Shown: piece after piece, positions 63,185 through 64,000 of the stretch
Layout of the letters: each line of letters opens with the position of its first letter
Numbering within the stretch: position 1 is the first letter of the stretch
Source of the DNA: Octopus vulgaris
Lineage: Eukaryota
Reading direction: 5' to 3'
Length of the DNA: 64,000 nt
Assembly: GCA_951406725.2 (NCBI GenBank)
Contig: OX597822.1
Location: 30,628,001 to 30,692,000 of the forward strand
Translations under genes and position numbers: made by a program
The notes under the pieces: model-generated
The model's database searches: none
Told to the model about the DNA's origin: nothing
Seen by the model: only the letters and a program-made list of their open reading frames with translations

Positions 63185-63583
63185 GCTGTGGAACGAAATC
63201 CACAGCTCAGTTTCAATCTATTGCAAATTTCATACGATATCAATGCGCTAGGGAAGGTATGAAGACAGTAACATTCTGTTTTAAAACCCTTTGACATATT
63301 TTAAGATTTCGTAGGAACATAATATACTGGTGAAATTATATATTGATTTGTAAGTGATTACGTTTTCAGTTTATTAGTAGAGTAATTTCGCAATTTATAT
63401 AAAAGAAGAAACCTGTAAACAGAACATGTTTATCTAACAGCGACAGGTTGGTATTTTATACTTATTAGGTCTCATTTAACTTTAAAGTAGTCAAATCGTA
63501 CATTCTCACTGTAAGTATCGAAAATCATTCTTAAAATGAGGTTGTGCGACAAATACATAAACGTAGTTCCTTTTCTTATATGT

Positions 63584-63897
63584 TATCACCGTGACCACCG
63601 TGACCGACCAGACTATCAGATGTTGCTACACATCGCTGGTCACAATGAGCTTCGCATTGTTTTAGCCTTCAAATGACGCCACCCTGTTGGCTAAGCGAGC
63701 AAGCCAACAAAAGAAAGAGTGAGAGAAAGTTGTGGTGAAAGAGTACAGCACGGATCGCCACTAACCCCTACCGGAGCCTCACGGAACTTTAGGTTTTTTT
63801 CGCTCAATAAACATTCACAACGTCCGGTCTGGGAATCGAAACCACGATCCTACGACCGCGAGTCTGCTGCTCTAACCACTGGGCCATTGCGCCTCTA
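63584..63897 (-). mobile_element. SINE family A, full length
   Basis: Reverse-complement homolog of 62533-62836. Confidence 0.9.
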
Positions 63898-64000
63898 CAT
63901 TACCTGTTATGGAATCATTATATGTTTAGGAATCATTTATAATATATTGGTTTCAAATTTTGGCACAAGACCAGTAATTTGGGATTACTAAGTCGAATAT

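Overview
AT-rich, microsatellite-dense eukaryotic DNA. The tRNA-derived SINE families look like those of Octopus (recognised from memory, no database search). Most long ORFs in the track are microsatellite artefacts. Real content: (i) five + strand exons (14387-28835) that splice in frame into a ~292-aa C-terminal region of an unidentified, probably single-pass membrane, host protein; (ii) a very young Neptune-type Penelope-like element (PLE; RT + GIY-YIG) at 19.6-24.4 kb, arranged as a ~1.74-kb near-perfect inverted repeat inside an intron of that gene; (iii) an old, pseudo-LTR-bounded PLE at 50.6-54.7 kb whose ORF appears to carry an N-terminal 2A/StopGo-like motif and an Ulp1/SENP-like cysteine-protease domain; (iv) many small tandem or fold-back elements inserted in (TA)n that carry minimal type-I hammerhead ribozyme motifs, with C3:G8, U3:A8 and G3:C8 versions of the core tertiary pair; (v) two 5'-truncated CR1/L2-group LINEs, an RTE fragment, Tc1/mariner remnants, non-autonomous Helitrons, MITEs, about 20 SINE copies, and tRNA-Glu and 5S rRNA pseudogene fragments. 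All folds and alignments were done by eye, and boundaries are approximate.
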